Below are positions 26,793-35,696 of a stretch of 40,748 nt of DNA, piece after piece. The stretch's first letter is position 1, and each line of letters starts with the position of its first letter. The position numbers and the translations under genes are program-made. The notes below the pieces were generated by a model. The model saw nothing but the letters and a program-made list of their open reading frames with translations. It was not told where the DNA came from and ran no database searches. The DNA comes from a candidate division WWE3 bacterium RIFCSPLOWO2_01_FULL_39_13 (GTDB lineage: Bacteria > Patescibacteriota > WWE3 > 2-01-FULL-39-13), in the NCBI GenBank assembly GCA_001772665.1, contig MEVH01000014.1, positions 1-40,748 on the forward strand, in the 5' to 3' direction.

Positions 26793-28273
26793 CGTAAATA
26801 CTCTTTTGTAACTATTTTATCGATCTCTTTCATTAGCTTGTCTGTTTCGGTTAGCGCAACAATTATTTTCTGATAATGTTCGATGTCTGAATTATTAAGT
26901 GTCCTTCCTTTACGATCTTTTAGCCACTTTTGAGCGGGTTGGTAGCCTCCAATGTAAAAATTCCAGGCGACTTCCGAGATATTCCCAAAATATTGGCTGG
27001 AATTGATAAAAACGTTCCCTTCCTTATATTCTATTTTTTCTACTGTATCGGAACCTGCTATCGGATAAGTAGTAATAAGTTTGTTTACCTTTGGCGATTC
27101 TAGCAAATGAAGTGCCCTAAGTTCCGAGCCAAGACTTACTAACTTTCGAAAGCTATTTTTATCTTTCGGATAAGGCAAGCGCGGAAAATCAATTTTTAAG
27201 AACTCCTTGTATTTTTGTCGATATTTTGGAGAATGCAAAACAGCGTAAATATAGTCAAAAATATCTTCCGGCGAGACCTTGCCGACAGTTACTTCTATTT
27301 CATCGACTATTTCTTTTTTGAGGTTTGAGGTTCTAGTTCCATCTTCATAATAAAGATAAAGAGGGAAAGCATAGCCTGTTTCTTTTGTTTGTAGTGAAAC
27401 GGCACAAATATCAACGATATCTTTAGTTATAAAGGCATGTTGAAAACTAAAGGTGCTCTGTTGCCTGCAGGTTAACAGGGCAAGGTTATCTTTTGAAACG
27501 AGATGTTTGAAGACTTTTCGACCTGGTCTGCTGACTAAAGATGGGTCGTAGTAGATCCATCGGTAATCGAATGGCCTATATTGAATTTGCTTTATGTAAC
27601 CTTCATTGAAGGATTTTCTTTTTAATCTTTCGGTTAACTTATAGCTACTTGAGTCAATAACACGAAATGTTTGTTTGAAATTTTCGTCATAATCACCAGA
27701 CAAAAGTTTTTGCATTCTAAACTCCAAAGAATCTTTGTTCCTATCAATGAATAACGCATCCCTGTCGGTTTTTACTCCAGAGTTTGAGATTGGGAATATC
27801 TCATCAACTACGAACCCTTTTTCATATTCTTCATTCGCACCAAAATCTTTAGGTACAAAGAAATAATTCGGGTGGGAATAATTAAGCTTCTCCCATATAA
27901 CATTTTTTATAGTGCTTTCGTTGAGTTTCTTAAATTTGAATTCTTGTGTCCCATAAATTTCGGCATGGCGGACTGTTCCTAAGTCAACCTGTTTCCCGTC
28001 CTTACGAATCAATATATTGATTGATACTCCCTGCTCAATATTGAACACGTTCTCATCCTTGCTACCATTAGGTGCATGTTCTTTCTTTTTGGTACTCCCA
28101 TGAAGATCAAGAATGTAAATATCGTCAAATGTTTCTAGCAGATGCTTTCTCATCTGGCGATGAGTGACCCCGTCGATAAAAGAATTGTTTGTGATCATAG
28201 CGACAATTCCACTCCCATTCTTCTCTATAAAATGTTCTGCGAAACGGATAAACTTAATGTAGTCGTCATCCAA
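26789..28273 (-). pseudogene. type IIG/ISP-like R-M enzyme, C-terminal part (downstream of in-frame TAG)
   Basis: DDDYIKFIRFAEHFIEKNGSGIVAMITNNSF...LDLHGSTKKKE... and the C-terminal IGGYQPAQKWLKDRKGRTL element are typical of single-chain N6-adenine R-M enzymes. The frame is continuous with 28328-29875 through a single TAG. Confidence 0.8.
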
Positions 28274-28327
28274 GTTGATTTTTCTTTCATTTAGCCCTTC
28301 TTTGTATACCTTAATAAGATTCTGTAT

Positions 28328-29875
28328 CTATTTGCCTTTATTGGAGGAACTGACACTATATGGGGGGTTTCCCATTACAACCATTATTGGTTTTTCATTT
28401 TTAATTCTAGAGGCTTCTTTAGCTTCTTCGGCAATACTAGCACCGAAGTCGAATGCCAGAAGTTCAGGCTGGTTAGTTACCTCTTCGAGAGAATTTGTTA
28501 AGTAGATGCCAAGTCTGGCTTTACCCATGCGGGTTTCGTTAAAGTATAAAAAACCTGTTTCCTTAAGTGCCATGCTGAGTTTTAAGTGCGCGATGGTGTA
28601 TGGAGCCATCATTAATTCGAAACCGTATATCCGTGGGAGTAATTCATGGTGCACATATGAAGGCCAACGTCCTTTCTGTCCAGAGTTTTTGATCCGGGTG
28701 TATATTTTGCCTATAACATCGCTGATAAACGTTCCAGTTCCTACTGCGGGATCAAGTATCTGGACTTTGTGAAGGCCGTTACTGGTTCTTGCCGTATTTG
28801 CGAGACCTTTGGGTAAGTTAAATTCGTTTTCGAGAAGATAGTCAACCGAGCGCACTATAAACTGTACAACCGGAAGTGGAGTATAGTAGGCACCCATCCT
28901 TTTTCGCAAGTCGTCGTCATACTCTTTTAAGAAGTCTTCGTAGAAATGGATTACTTGATCCTGTGCACGTTGAGTTCCTTTTTTGATAGTATTTTTGAAG
29001 TATTGACCCATGAGTTTAGCAACATCTGCATGGGTATATACCTCGCATAATTCATCTACTATGTATGAAAGTTGTTTTTCGAAATTTCTGCCTGCTATAT
29101 GGTCGAAAAAATGACCTAAAAATGGATTAGAAGCAGGAATGAGTTCTCTGGCTTCTTGTCGACTAAAAGTGTTCAATGATTTGTCATAGAAACGGGCAAC
29201 AAAGAGTCCATATACCAGGGTTTGGGCGTACATATCAGCAAAGGTATCGGGTGTGAGATCATGTACAAGCAGTCTTTTAATAGTTTCGTATAAATTCATG
29301 AGTTCGAAATTTTTGCCTGATTCTGTTGCAAGGATTTGTCGCATATTATCCCTTATTCTTTGTCCTTTACCTCCCATTATTTTTGCAAGGTGCTTTCCAG
29401 AACGGATTGGTTCTTTATGTGATGCTGTAAAATCGAGCAATGTCTTTGCAATGTATTCGTAGTTCTCTGGTTCAGGAGTTATTGTTCGTTTCTTTATATC
29501 GTGGGTTCCGATTGTAATAGGTTCTCCATAAGGCAAACCGTTTCTATAGAATCTGAATTCAAGATAATCAGTGAGGATCAAGTTCGCATAGCCGTAGTAT
29601 CTAGACATTTGCTCCGATTTCTCGATCTTATCCAAAGACTCACCGATATCCTTTGTTTCGATATAGAGAATTGGAATATCGTTTTTTATTACGACAAAGT
29701 CTGGTTTGTTGCCTTTTCTTGCTTTAGGGTCGTGGTCAAACCTGTGGACATTGATTTCCTTAAATACTTCTCTGAGCATGATCTCAAAGTCAGCTCGATA
29801 GCCATATTCGGATGTTTCATCATGGGAGAATTTGATTGAAATCGATTGGATATAGTTTTCTAAAGTCTCCTTCAT
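28328..29875 (-). pseudogene. type IIG/ISP-like R-M enzyme, N-terminal part (nuclease-like module plus MTase motifs I-IV)
   Basis: PD-(D/E)xK-like PDFVV...LYIETKD, SAM motif ILDPAVGTGTF and catalytic MGNPPYS. It ends at TAG 28328-28330. Confidence 0.8.
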
Positions 29876-30063
29876 TATCTCTTAACCTCGATGAAATTAT
29901 TTAAATCAACCTTTTTTATTCTGTACTGCTTGCCGGCCTTATAAGCTACAAGTTTTCCTGCCTGTATCCAGCGGTAAACAGTTAAGTAGGCTACTTTCAA
30001 CATTGTTGCTACTTCCTCTATGGTGTAATACTCGTCCTCTATGTTATTGTTCATTTTTATCAT
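29875..30063 (-). CDS. excisionase-family helix-turn-helix DNA-binding protein
   Basis: 62-aa ORF. YTIEEVATMLKVAYLTVYRWIQAGKLVAYKAGKQYRI matches the excisionase/MerR-type HTH pattern. Its stop overlaps the R-M gene start by 1 nt. Confidence 0.7.
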   Translation of the reverse strand: MIKMNNNIEDEYYTIEEVATMLKVAYLTVYRWIQAGKLVAYKAGKQYRIKKVDLNNFIEVKR

Positions 30064-31186
30064 TCCTTATCATCCTATCATGGATTGCAACTAACCTTAA
30101 TGGCTCAAATTTCTCTATTTCTGTCCGCAATTTTGAGAATACCTCTGTTGTATCTGGCTGTTTTAACTCTTTCATTTTTCTATTTAAGTTGTACCAGTAA
30201 TAGTTTCCGTATGGTTCTATTATCTGCCGGTATTCCCGCACCCCTATCTCGTCGAGCAGTCCTCTAAAGCAAGTTAGTTCGAGTGCCTGCGTGGGCTTTA
30301 GGTCTGGGTTGGCTCTTAAAATCTCCTTAAAGGTTTTAACATGGCTATCGTGTTTATATGCCAATATCGGCGGATATGCTCCTTCGATTTCGTTAATGTA
30401 GTGAAGCAGTACCTTTTTAGCGATTTTTTGGTTGAAGATGTTTGTAAAAGTAGGTTCTGCTACCACGTCTACCTTTTTAAGAATTTGCCTGATCTTTGAT
30501 CTTCCGTTTAGCCGTATTTCGACTCTTAGTACCTCGAGAGGTTTTTGCTTTTTTAAAAGATCTAACAGGCTTAGCTGAATAGCATTGTCCTTTTCTTCGG
30601 CTCTCTTATCGCTTAGCTCGCCTTTTTGTAGGTCTCTAATCTTATCGTAGAAGACTACCTCAAACGTGTTGGCATGGTATTTAAAGCTGTGTCCTTCGTT
30701 TCTAAAATCTGTTCTGTTTGTATCCAATTTCTTGTTGATATTGAGCTTGGCTAGCTGTTCGATGTAGGTATACGGGGTCGAATAGTCGGTCAAGGCTATA
30801 TTTTTAGAGTAATGGATAGATGATACAAGTGCATCTTGTAGGTTATTTTCAAATACATAAACGCCCATGTCTTTCAGTACGGCTTTCAATTTTTGAATGA
30901 CATTGGAAAAGTCTTCATCTGCTACCTCATCAAAATTGTTGCCGAAAACCAGTTTCGGAGCAGAAAACTCAATTGCCAGTGTTTCACCAAGGCGTCCTGA
31001 GCAATTAAATCGGTTTGTAAGCGTGAGTTTGGGTTTGTATATCCCGCTTTTTAACTCTGTTGTTGTAGGATTTTGAACCAGCGTGAAGTATCCCCTTGAT
31101 GGATTCGTTATATCTTTTTCGAATTTACTTTTATCTACCATTGCAAGCATAGATTTATCCAGCATTAATTTGACTGTATCTACCAT
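30044..31186 (-). CDS. putative rolling-circle replication initiator (phage gpII/CRI-like)
   Basis: 380-aa ORF. IEFSAPKLVFGNNFDEV resembles the (E)GSPAKFLQGHNVFG signature of gene II/CRI-family replication proteins. This is a memory-based assignment. Confidence 0.5.
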   Translation of the reverse strand: MVDTVKLMLDKSMLAMVDKSKFEKDITNPSRGYFTLVQNPTTTELKSGIYKPKLTLTNRFNCSGRLGETLAIEFSAPKLVFGNNFDEVADEDFSNVIQKLKAVLKDMGVYVFENNLQDALVSSIHYSKNIALTDYSTPYTYIEQLAKLNINKKLDTNRTDFRNEGHSFKYHANTFEVVFYDKIRDLQKGELSDKRAEEKDNAIQLSLLDLLKKQKPLEVLRVEIRLNGRSKIRQILKKVDVVAEPTFTNIFNQKIAKKVLLHYINEIEGAYPPILAYKHDSHVKTFKEILRANPDLKPTQALELTCFRGLLDEIGVREYRQIIEPYGNYYWYNLNRKMKELKQPDTTEVFSKLRTEIEKFEPLRLVAIHDRMIRNDKNEQ

Positions 31187-31448
31187 AGCTCATTACTTCT
31201 TCAAACTTTTTAACGACTTCAGCGTGTATTAAGGTTGCAAAGTTCTTATTGATAGGGTGAAAAATGTTTATTTGCCTGTTCCTAACGATTTTTGTTGGAT
31301 AAACAAGCCTATATCCACCCTGTGGTCTAGTCATAATGCCAATTGAGCTCAAATATAGGTAATCATTTAAAACGAAGCTGGCAAAGGCTACTAGCCCGTC
31401 TTTCGGCTTAATTGGCACTATTTGTATTTCGGTTAGCGTTGCATTCAT
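31155..31448 (-). CDS. spoVG: SpoVG-family protein
   Basis: MNATLTEIQIVPIKPKDGLVAFASFVLNDYLYLSSIGIMTRPQGGYRLVYPTK...FHPINKNFATLIHAEVVKKFEEV follows the SpoVG pattern. ATG 31448 is preferred over the TTG at 31475 used by the ORF track. Confidence 0.72.
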   Translation of the reverse strand: MNATLTEIQIVPIKPKDGLVAFASFVLNDYLYLSSIGIMTRPQGGYRLVYPTKIVRNRQINIFHPINKNFATLIHAEVVKKFEEVMSYGRYSQINAG

Positions 31449-31605
31449 GACTTTTTTTCTTCTGCTGTTGGTCAACTTCCATCAACAAACTAAAAAACTT
31501 AATTAGACGGTTTTTATATTCGATATATTCAGCCTCGGACAACTCCCTGTCATATACTTGCTCGAGATAAGTCTTTAAATCCTGCTTATCGGCTACTAAT
31601 TCCAT
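31408..31605 (-). CDS. hypothetical small protein
   Basis: 65-aa ORF at the head of the operon. Its 3' end overlaps the SpoVG-like gene. No motif recognised. Confidence 0.3.
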   Translation of the reverse strand: MELVADKQDLKTYLEQVYDRELSEAEYIEYKNRLIKFFSLLMEVDQQQKKKSHECNANRNTNSAN

Positions 31606-31704
31606 AATTAGGTATAGCTTATAGAAGAGGGTCGAGACAGTCGCTATTTCAGCGCTACTTCGGGGTGAAACTGATTACTTCGGATTGGAAAGGATTAAGG
31701 ACAG

Positions 31705-32739
31705 CTAAAACTTAAGTCTTTTAATACCCTGTTCATCCAGCTGTTCTTGCGTAATGGGGTTATTGAATTGAATTTTAGACTTAGATACCTTAAAGAAAAC
31801 CTGCCTGAATTCACCTTTAAACCCTAGTTGCTCCACAAATTTATTAAGGTCTTTAATAGAATTTTCTTTGGAAGCTTCTTTTATTTCATCGCCAGTTTTT
31901 TCAGTGTTTGGATTTTTATAAAGATAACTAAAGATAGTGTCATTTAAACTGAACAAGGCCAATTTTTTAAATAGAAAACCATTTATTATAATTTCCCTTG
32001 TTTGCTCCGAGTAGGTAATTTCGTAAACAGGCTTGTTTGTAGGGCTTTGGATGCTTTCTGTGGGCTTTGGGTCGTTCTTAATAATTTTCTCGTATTCTTT
32101 TTCATACCAATTAAGCACCTCGAAGTATCTATTGCCAAGTTTAAGGTGTACTAGCTTATCAAAATTATTAGGCCAGATTACTTCTTTAATGGCACTTTCT
32201 TTTTCAAGCTTTCTAAGCATGGTAAATCTTTCATCTGAATACTGCGATTTCTCCCTTTCATTTTTCGCTTTACTGTGGTGTACTTGTGGGATTGCGATGT
32301 TATCTTCGGGTGCGGTTATCTGCCGGCTTGTCTCGATCTCTTGCAATAAGCTCCAGATTTTTTCAAGCGACTTTCTGTTGAGTTTTGGCCTATTGACGTT
32401 AGCAGTGGACGGTTCCTGACCAATGAATTTCTGGTACGCTGGATCTTTCTTGATCTCTTGGTAGTATCCGTCAAACTTGGGTGTAACCTCAATACCATAG
32501 TATTCATTCTCATAATTGGATAGGCCGTAATCATTTATCTCGGGGAGTTTCACTACTTTTAGTATTTTGTCGTCATTTTGAAACTTGTACAAAAGACGCA
32601 GTAATTCATCTGTTGGATAATGACTATCTAAATCCCCCGATGGGTGCAGCAAAATCGGCTGCCCTTTAGGTGTTATGATTTTCTTATCATCAATCTTATT
32701 TAGGAGGAAATATATTTTTCCTTTACCTGATAAGGTCAT
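31705..32739 (-). CDS. hypothetical protein
   Basis: 344-aa ORF. No motif recognised. Confidence 0.5.
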   Translation of the reverse strand: MTLSGKGKIYFLLNKIDDKKIITPKGQPILLHPSGDLDSHYPTDELLRLLYKFQNDDKILKVVKLPEINDYGLSNYENEYYGIEVTPKFDGYYQEIKKDPAYQKFIGQEPSTANVNRPKLNRKSLEKIWSLLQEIETSRQITAPEDNIAIPQVHHSKAKNEREKSQYSDERFTMLRKLEKESAIKEVIWPNNFDKLVHLKLGNRYFEVLNWYEKEYEKIIKNDPKPTESIQSPTNKPVYEITYSEQTREIIINGFLFKKLALFSLNDTIFSYLYKNPNTEKTGDEIKEASKENSIKDLNKFVEQLGFKGEFRQVFFKVSKSKIQFNNPITQEQLDEQGIKRLKF

Positions 32740-32812
32740 AGTTCATTACATCTTTAATTCTAGTTAACATATTTTATCAGTTTTTAGTAAAATACCGGTA
32801 GTTTTTATAGCA

Positions 32813-33517
32813 ATGAAGTTAAAGATACCAGCATATACGATTTTTAAAGAGGAAATTTTTAAGAAGTTAACTTCAAAGAGGAAAAATGCCTTGTTTTGCT
32901 GGTCTTTGTTAGATACTTCAAGCTGGGAAGAGATACCTCCTAAGTATTACCCGGACTATAAAAACGGTCACAAGAAAGTAATTGAGATTATGAAAATGGG
33001 CAAAAGCATAAAAGAATTAGTAGATGAGGATATGAATTACTTTATTAGAAGATTTGTAAACGGCGAATTTCTCAGCAATTTTTTATTAGCTGCTGAGCTT
33101 GAAAATCAGCTGGATAGTTCTTGGAGGCTTGACTTAGATAACCTACAGCAAGCTGTATTCCCTGATGTTCTATTTATAAGTAAGTCCAACAGTAGAAAGG
33201 TAAACATCGAAGTAAAGGGAGTGATTAGCGCCTCGAATTTGAAAAACAGGATAGAAGATGAGGTAATACCGCATTTAAGAGATGAAAATTATAAGGAGTT
33301 TGTATTGTTACTATTGTTTCCTGTTTGTCCTGGGGAAAATCCTAATAGGGTTAATCAGCTGATCGAAGGTTATTATATTTATGAGACGGTGATGAACAAG
33401 GGTGGACAAAAAGTCTTATGTCAGTGTATTAAGCAAGATGCGGACGGTGACAGAAAAGCATTTTCTTTAGAGAAGTTAGTAGGTCGTTTGATTGCCGGGT
33501 ATTTTAGTAAGGCTTGA
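32813..33517 (+). CDS. hypothetical protein with PD-(D/E)xK-like motif
   Basis: 234-aa ORF. FPDVLFISKSNSRKVNIEVKGV fits the D...ExK restriction-endonuclease-fold core. Confidence 0.45.
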   Translation: MKLKIPAYTIFKEEIFKKLTSKRKNALFCWSLLDTSSWEEIPPKYYPDYKNGHKKVIEIMKMGKSIKELVDEDMNYFIRRFVNGEFLSNFLLAAELENQLDSSWRLDLDNLQQAVFPDVLFISKSNSRKVNIEVKGVISASNLKNRIEDEVIPHLRDENYKEFVLLLLFPVCPGENPNRVNQLIEGYYIYETVMNKGGQKVLCQCIKQDADGDRKAFSLEKLVGRLIAGYFSKA

Positions 33518-33529
33518 ATTGCTTAGTTA

Positions 33530-34027
33530 ATGTGGGATAGTATAGGTATGGATCAACTATTAATGTCAAAAGACGTCGATACAACTAAAAACGTGATTTT
33601 GTACATGCTTGGGAAGATGTGGCTTTTTGCAGAGGGGAAAAAGAAACTCATGAAGTTGATGTTCTTGTTGGAGTATTACAATATATCGAGCGGAAAGCTA
33701 TCGACGAAACAATTCCTAGGGAACGATTTCTATATATATAATTACGGTGTTTTTAGCAAAGATATTATGAGATCTATTTCCACTCTTATAGATCAAGGTA
33801 AAATACAGGATGGGTTCCCGTTAATCAATATAGATAGTTCTAAGTCATCACTAGAAAAAAGGGTAAAAGATAAGGTAGATGCCATCCTTGATAAGTTCGG
33901 TAAATTTTCAGGATACCAGCTGGAAGTATCGACCTTAAAAATGCTTGGGATTGAACCTCATGAAAAGAAGAAGTACTTCGGACAAGATATTCCCCAGATT
34001 CTCAATCAGACGAAGGTTGCAGAGTAG
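33530..34027 (+). CDS. Panacea (DUF4065) domain protein, putative antitoxin
   Basis: 165-aa ORF. KKLMKLMFLLEYYN...FYIYNYGVFSKDI follows the DUF4065/SocA-GepA-like pattern (KLxKLLY...WxYGPV). Confidence 0.55.
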   Translation: MWDSIGMDQLLMSKDVDTTKNVILYMLGKMWLFAEGKKKLMKLMFLLEYYNISSGKLSTKQFLGNDFYIYNYGVFSKDIMRSISTLIDQGKIQDGFPLINIDSSKSSLEKRVKDKVDAILDKFGKFSGYQLEVSTLKMLGIEPHEKKKYFGQDIPQILNQTKVAE

Positions 34028-34054
34028 CCTTATGTCTATAAGTACCCCATAATA

Positions 34055-34083
34055 TTTACCTTTTTGTGTTTCTACCCTATAAT
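34055..34083 (+). promoter_or_regulatory. promoter of Cys-rich peptide gene, copy B
   Basis: TTTACC (34055-34060), a 17-nt spacer, then TATAAT (34078-34083). The leader GTAATCCTAAAGAAAGGAGG is conserved with copy A. Confidence 0.45.
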
Positions 34084-34117
34084 ACGTCGTAATCCTAAAG
34101 AAAGGAGGAAAATTGTC

Positions 34118-34219
34118 ATGCGGAAGTTCTGGCGATGCGTCAAGAAGCTTGTGCATCAGGCAATTTGCGGTCGTTGCAAGCGCGACGATCACTGCGGGCA
34201 CTGCCCTTGCTGTCGTTGA
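34118..34219 (+). CDS. 33-aa cysteine-rich peptide (copy B)
   Basis: GGAGG (34104-34108) lies 9 nt before the ATG. The peptide is MRKFWRCVKKLVHQAICGRCKRDDHCGHCPCCR*. See copy A for the synonymous-substitution evidence. Confidence 0.7.
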   Translation: MRKFWRCVKKLVHQAICGRCKRDDHCGHCPCCR

Positions 34220-34242
34220 CAGCGAGCAATGACCCGCACCGG

Positions 34243-34306
34243 CCTGGGCGGTTATGGTGGCTAACAAGCCGATTTACAAAACATAACCGCTCAGGATTTT
34301 TTCTTT
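34243..34306 (+). terminator. rho-independent terminator of peptide gene B
   Basis: Stem CCTGGGCGGTTATG (34243-34256) / CATAACCGCTCAGG (34282-34295), then ATTTTTTCTTT. Confidence 0.6.
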
Positions 34307-34651
34307 AAATTTCACAACCTCAACCCTTACGCTATACGTATTCAAAACACTTCAGGTTTATTTTGCTTACTTATTGTCTTTGAGCTCCAAAAAGATAATC
34401 TGCCATTTTTTGATTTGTAGACTCAGGAGAAAAGTTTGATATGGCGACCTCCTTTACTCTCTTCGAAACTGTGGCTCTTGAGGCTGGATCTAATCTCATA
34501 AAGGTTGTTATGTGCTGGCTTAATTTGACAAAATCTTCGTATGGCATTGGTACGTTGGGATTATCCACAAGGTAACCGTCTTGTTCAAAGTATGGTATGA
34601 GTTCAGCTGATCCTCGAGCATTAAAGCCTATTACTGGTAAACCATGCGCTG
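34293..34651. repeat. 359-bp direct repeat R2 (partner 13953-14311)
   Basis: Covers the spacer plus about the last 93 codons of the intact glycosyltransferase gene. Confidence 0.85.
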
Positions 34652-35696
34652 CGGCTTCAACGGTTACCAGCCCGAATCCTTCTATTGTAGAGGAAATGAA
34701 AAACATGTCAGCGTTTGTATATAATCTGCATAAGTCTCTGTCGGTTGGTCTTTCTATAACAATGACTTTTGTGTTTTTTAGTTCAAGGTTTATAGACCCA
34801 ACACTTTCTTTAACAAATGCTCCGAAAGGACTTTCAGCATCTCCAGCTATGACGAATCCTGCTTTTCTATCTGGATAAGATTCAGCTAAATATTGGTCAA
34901 ATCTTGGAATAAAGTGTAGTAACCTTCCAATTCCTTTTTTTCTTGTAATTCTGCCAGTTGTAAGTATTGTGAATCTATTTTCTAGAGATTCGTCAATTGA
35001 CTTGGCATCGGTTCTTTCAACCTGACAGTTATGACAAAGTTTGGATGCAGGATATACTATTGCTGTTTTTGAAGGCTTGGCTTTTGGAAACACTTTCTCA
35101 AAGGCAGATTTGTTTGCCTGAGAGTTGAAAACTGCATTCAAATTGCAAATACCAGATGCCATCCACAGCCACTTTCTTAACCAATAGAGAGGTTGTGTTG
35201 CAATGTATTTAGCATATTCTTCGGCGGATATCCTGTCTAAGTCAGAGGGTCTTATGTCCAAAGGACTATTCCAGATTACATTGACTAACCTTCTCTGTTC
35301 TGCTGATAACCTTCTAATTAACGCCAAACCTAACATATCAGGGCTATTGACCAGTATAGAATCGAGACCCCCGGTTGTTATGTCTATAAACACACGGTTG
35401 AACTCGTGCATATTTGGCAGTTTATTTAGTGGCCAGCTATTAGCTGCGGTAGCAATAGGCCAAGTTCTAACGTTAGGATCAATAAGTAAAAAATCCTCTT
35501 TAATGAAAGATATCTTTTGTGGAAATACCAGGTCGACCTCAGCTCCCGTTTGTGCTAGAAATTCTGTAAAGGAAAGTACTGTTCTTTGTATTCCTCCATC
35601 TGATCCAGGCGGATATTCCAAGCTAATTAACACACGTTTGTTCGTCAGATCTCTTATAGATGTTTCTGTTTCTTCTTTGTATTCTTGAAACCTCAT
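34371..35696 (-). CDS. glycosyltransferase (GT-B fold, GT4-like)
   Basis: 441-aa ORF with the C-terminal signature EGFGLVTVEAAAHGLPVIG. Confidence 0.85.
   Translation of the reverse strand: MRFQEYKEETETSIRDLTNKRVLISLEYPPGSDGGIQRTVLSFTEFLAQTGAEVDLVFPQKISFIKEDFLLIDPNVRTWPIATAANSWPLNKLPNMHEFNRVFIDITTGGLDSILVNSPDMLGLALIRRLSAEQRRLVNVIWNSPLDIRPSDLDRISAEEYAKYIATQPLYWLRKWLWMASGICNLNAVFNSQANKSAFEKVFPKAKPSKTAIVYPASKLCHNCQVERTDAKSIDESLENRFTILTTGRITRKKGIGRLLHFIPRFDQYLAESYPDRKAGFVIAGDAESPFGAFVKESVGSINLELKNTKVIVIERPTDRDLCRLYTNADMFFISSTIEGFGLVTVEAAAHGLPVIGFNARGSAELIPYFEQDGYLVDNPNVPMPYEDFVKLSQHITTFMRLDPASRATVSKRVKEVAISNFSPESTNQKMADYLFGAQRQ

Larger units (their letters stand above)
25302..31605 (-). mobile_element. 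core module of an integrative or replicative element
   Basis: Seven consecutive, mostly overlapping minus-strand genes: a small ORF, SpoVG-like, Rep, excisionase-type HTH, the two halves of the type IIG R-M enzyme, then the integrase. The ends of the element are not resolved. Confidence 0.55.

Noticed and set aside
28328-28330. TAG reassignment or programmed readthrough as the explanation for the split R-M gene
   Set aside because: TAG terminates housekeeping genes in this same window: pyrG at 2842-2844 and dnaG at 5844-5846. A genome-wide reassignment is therefore unlikely, and a nonsense mutation is the simpler reading. Low-level readthrough cannot be excluded from sequence alone.
34118-35696. 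Cys-rich peptide as a glycocin-type substrate of the adjacent glycosyltransferase
   Set aside because: The genes are convergent and separated by a terminator. The GT looks GT4/GT-B-like rather than like the GT2-type S-glycosyltransferases known for glycocins. Copy A of the peptide has no GT neighbour. I keep it only as a remote possibility.
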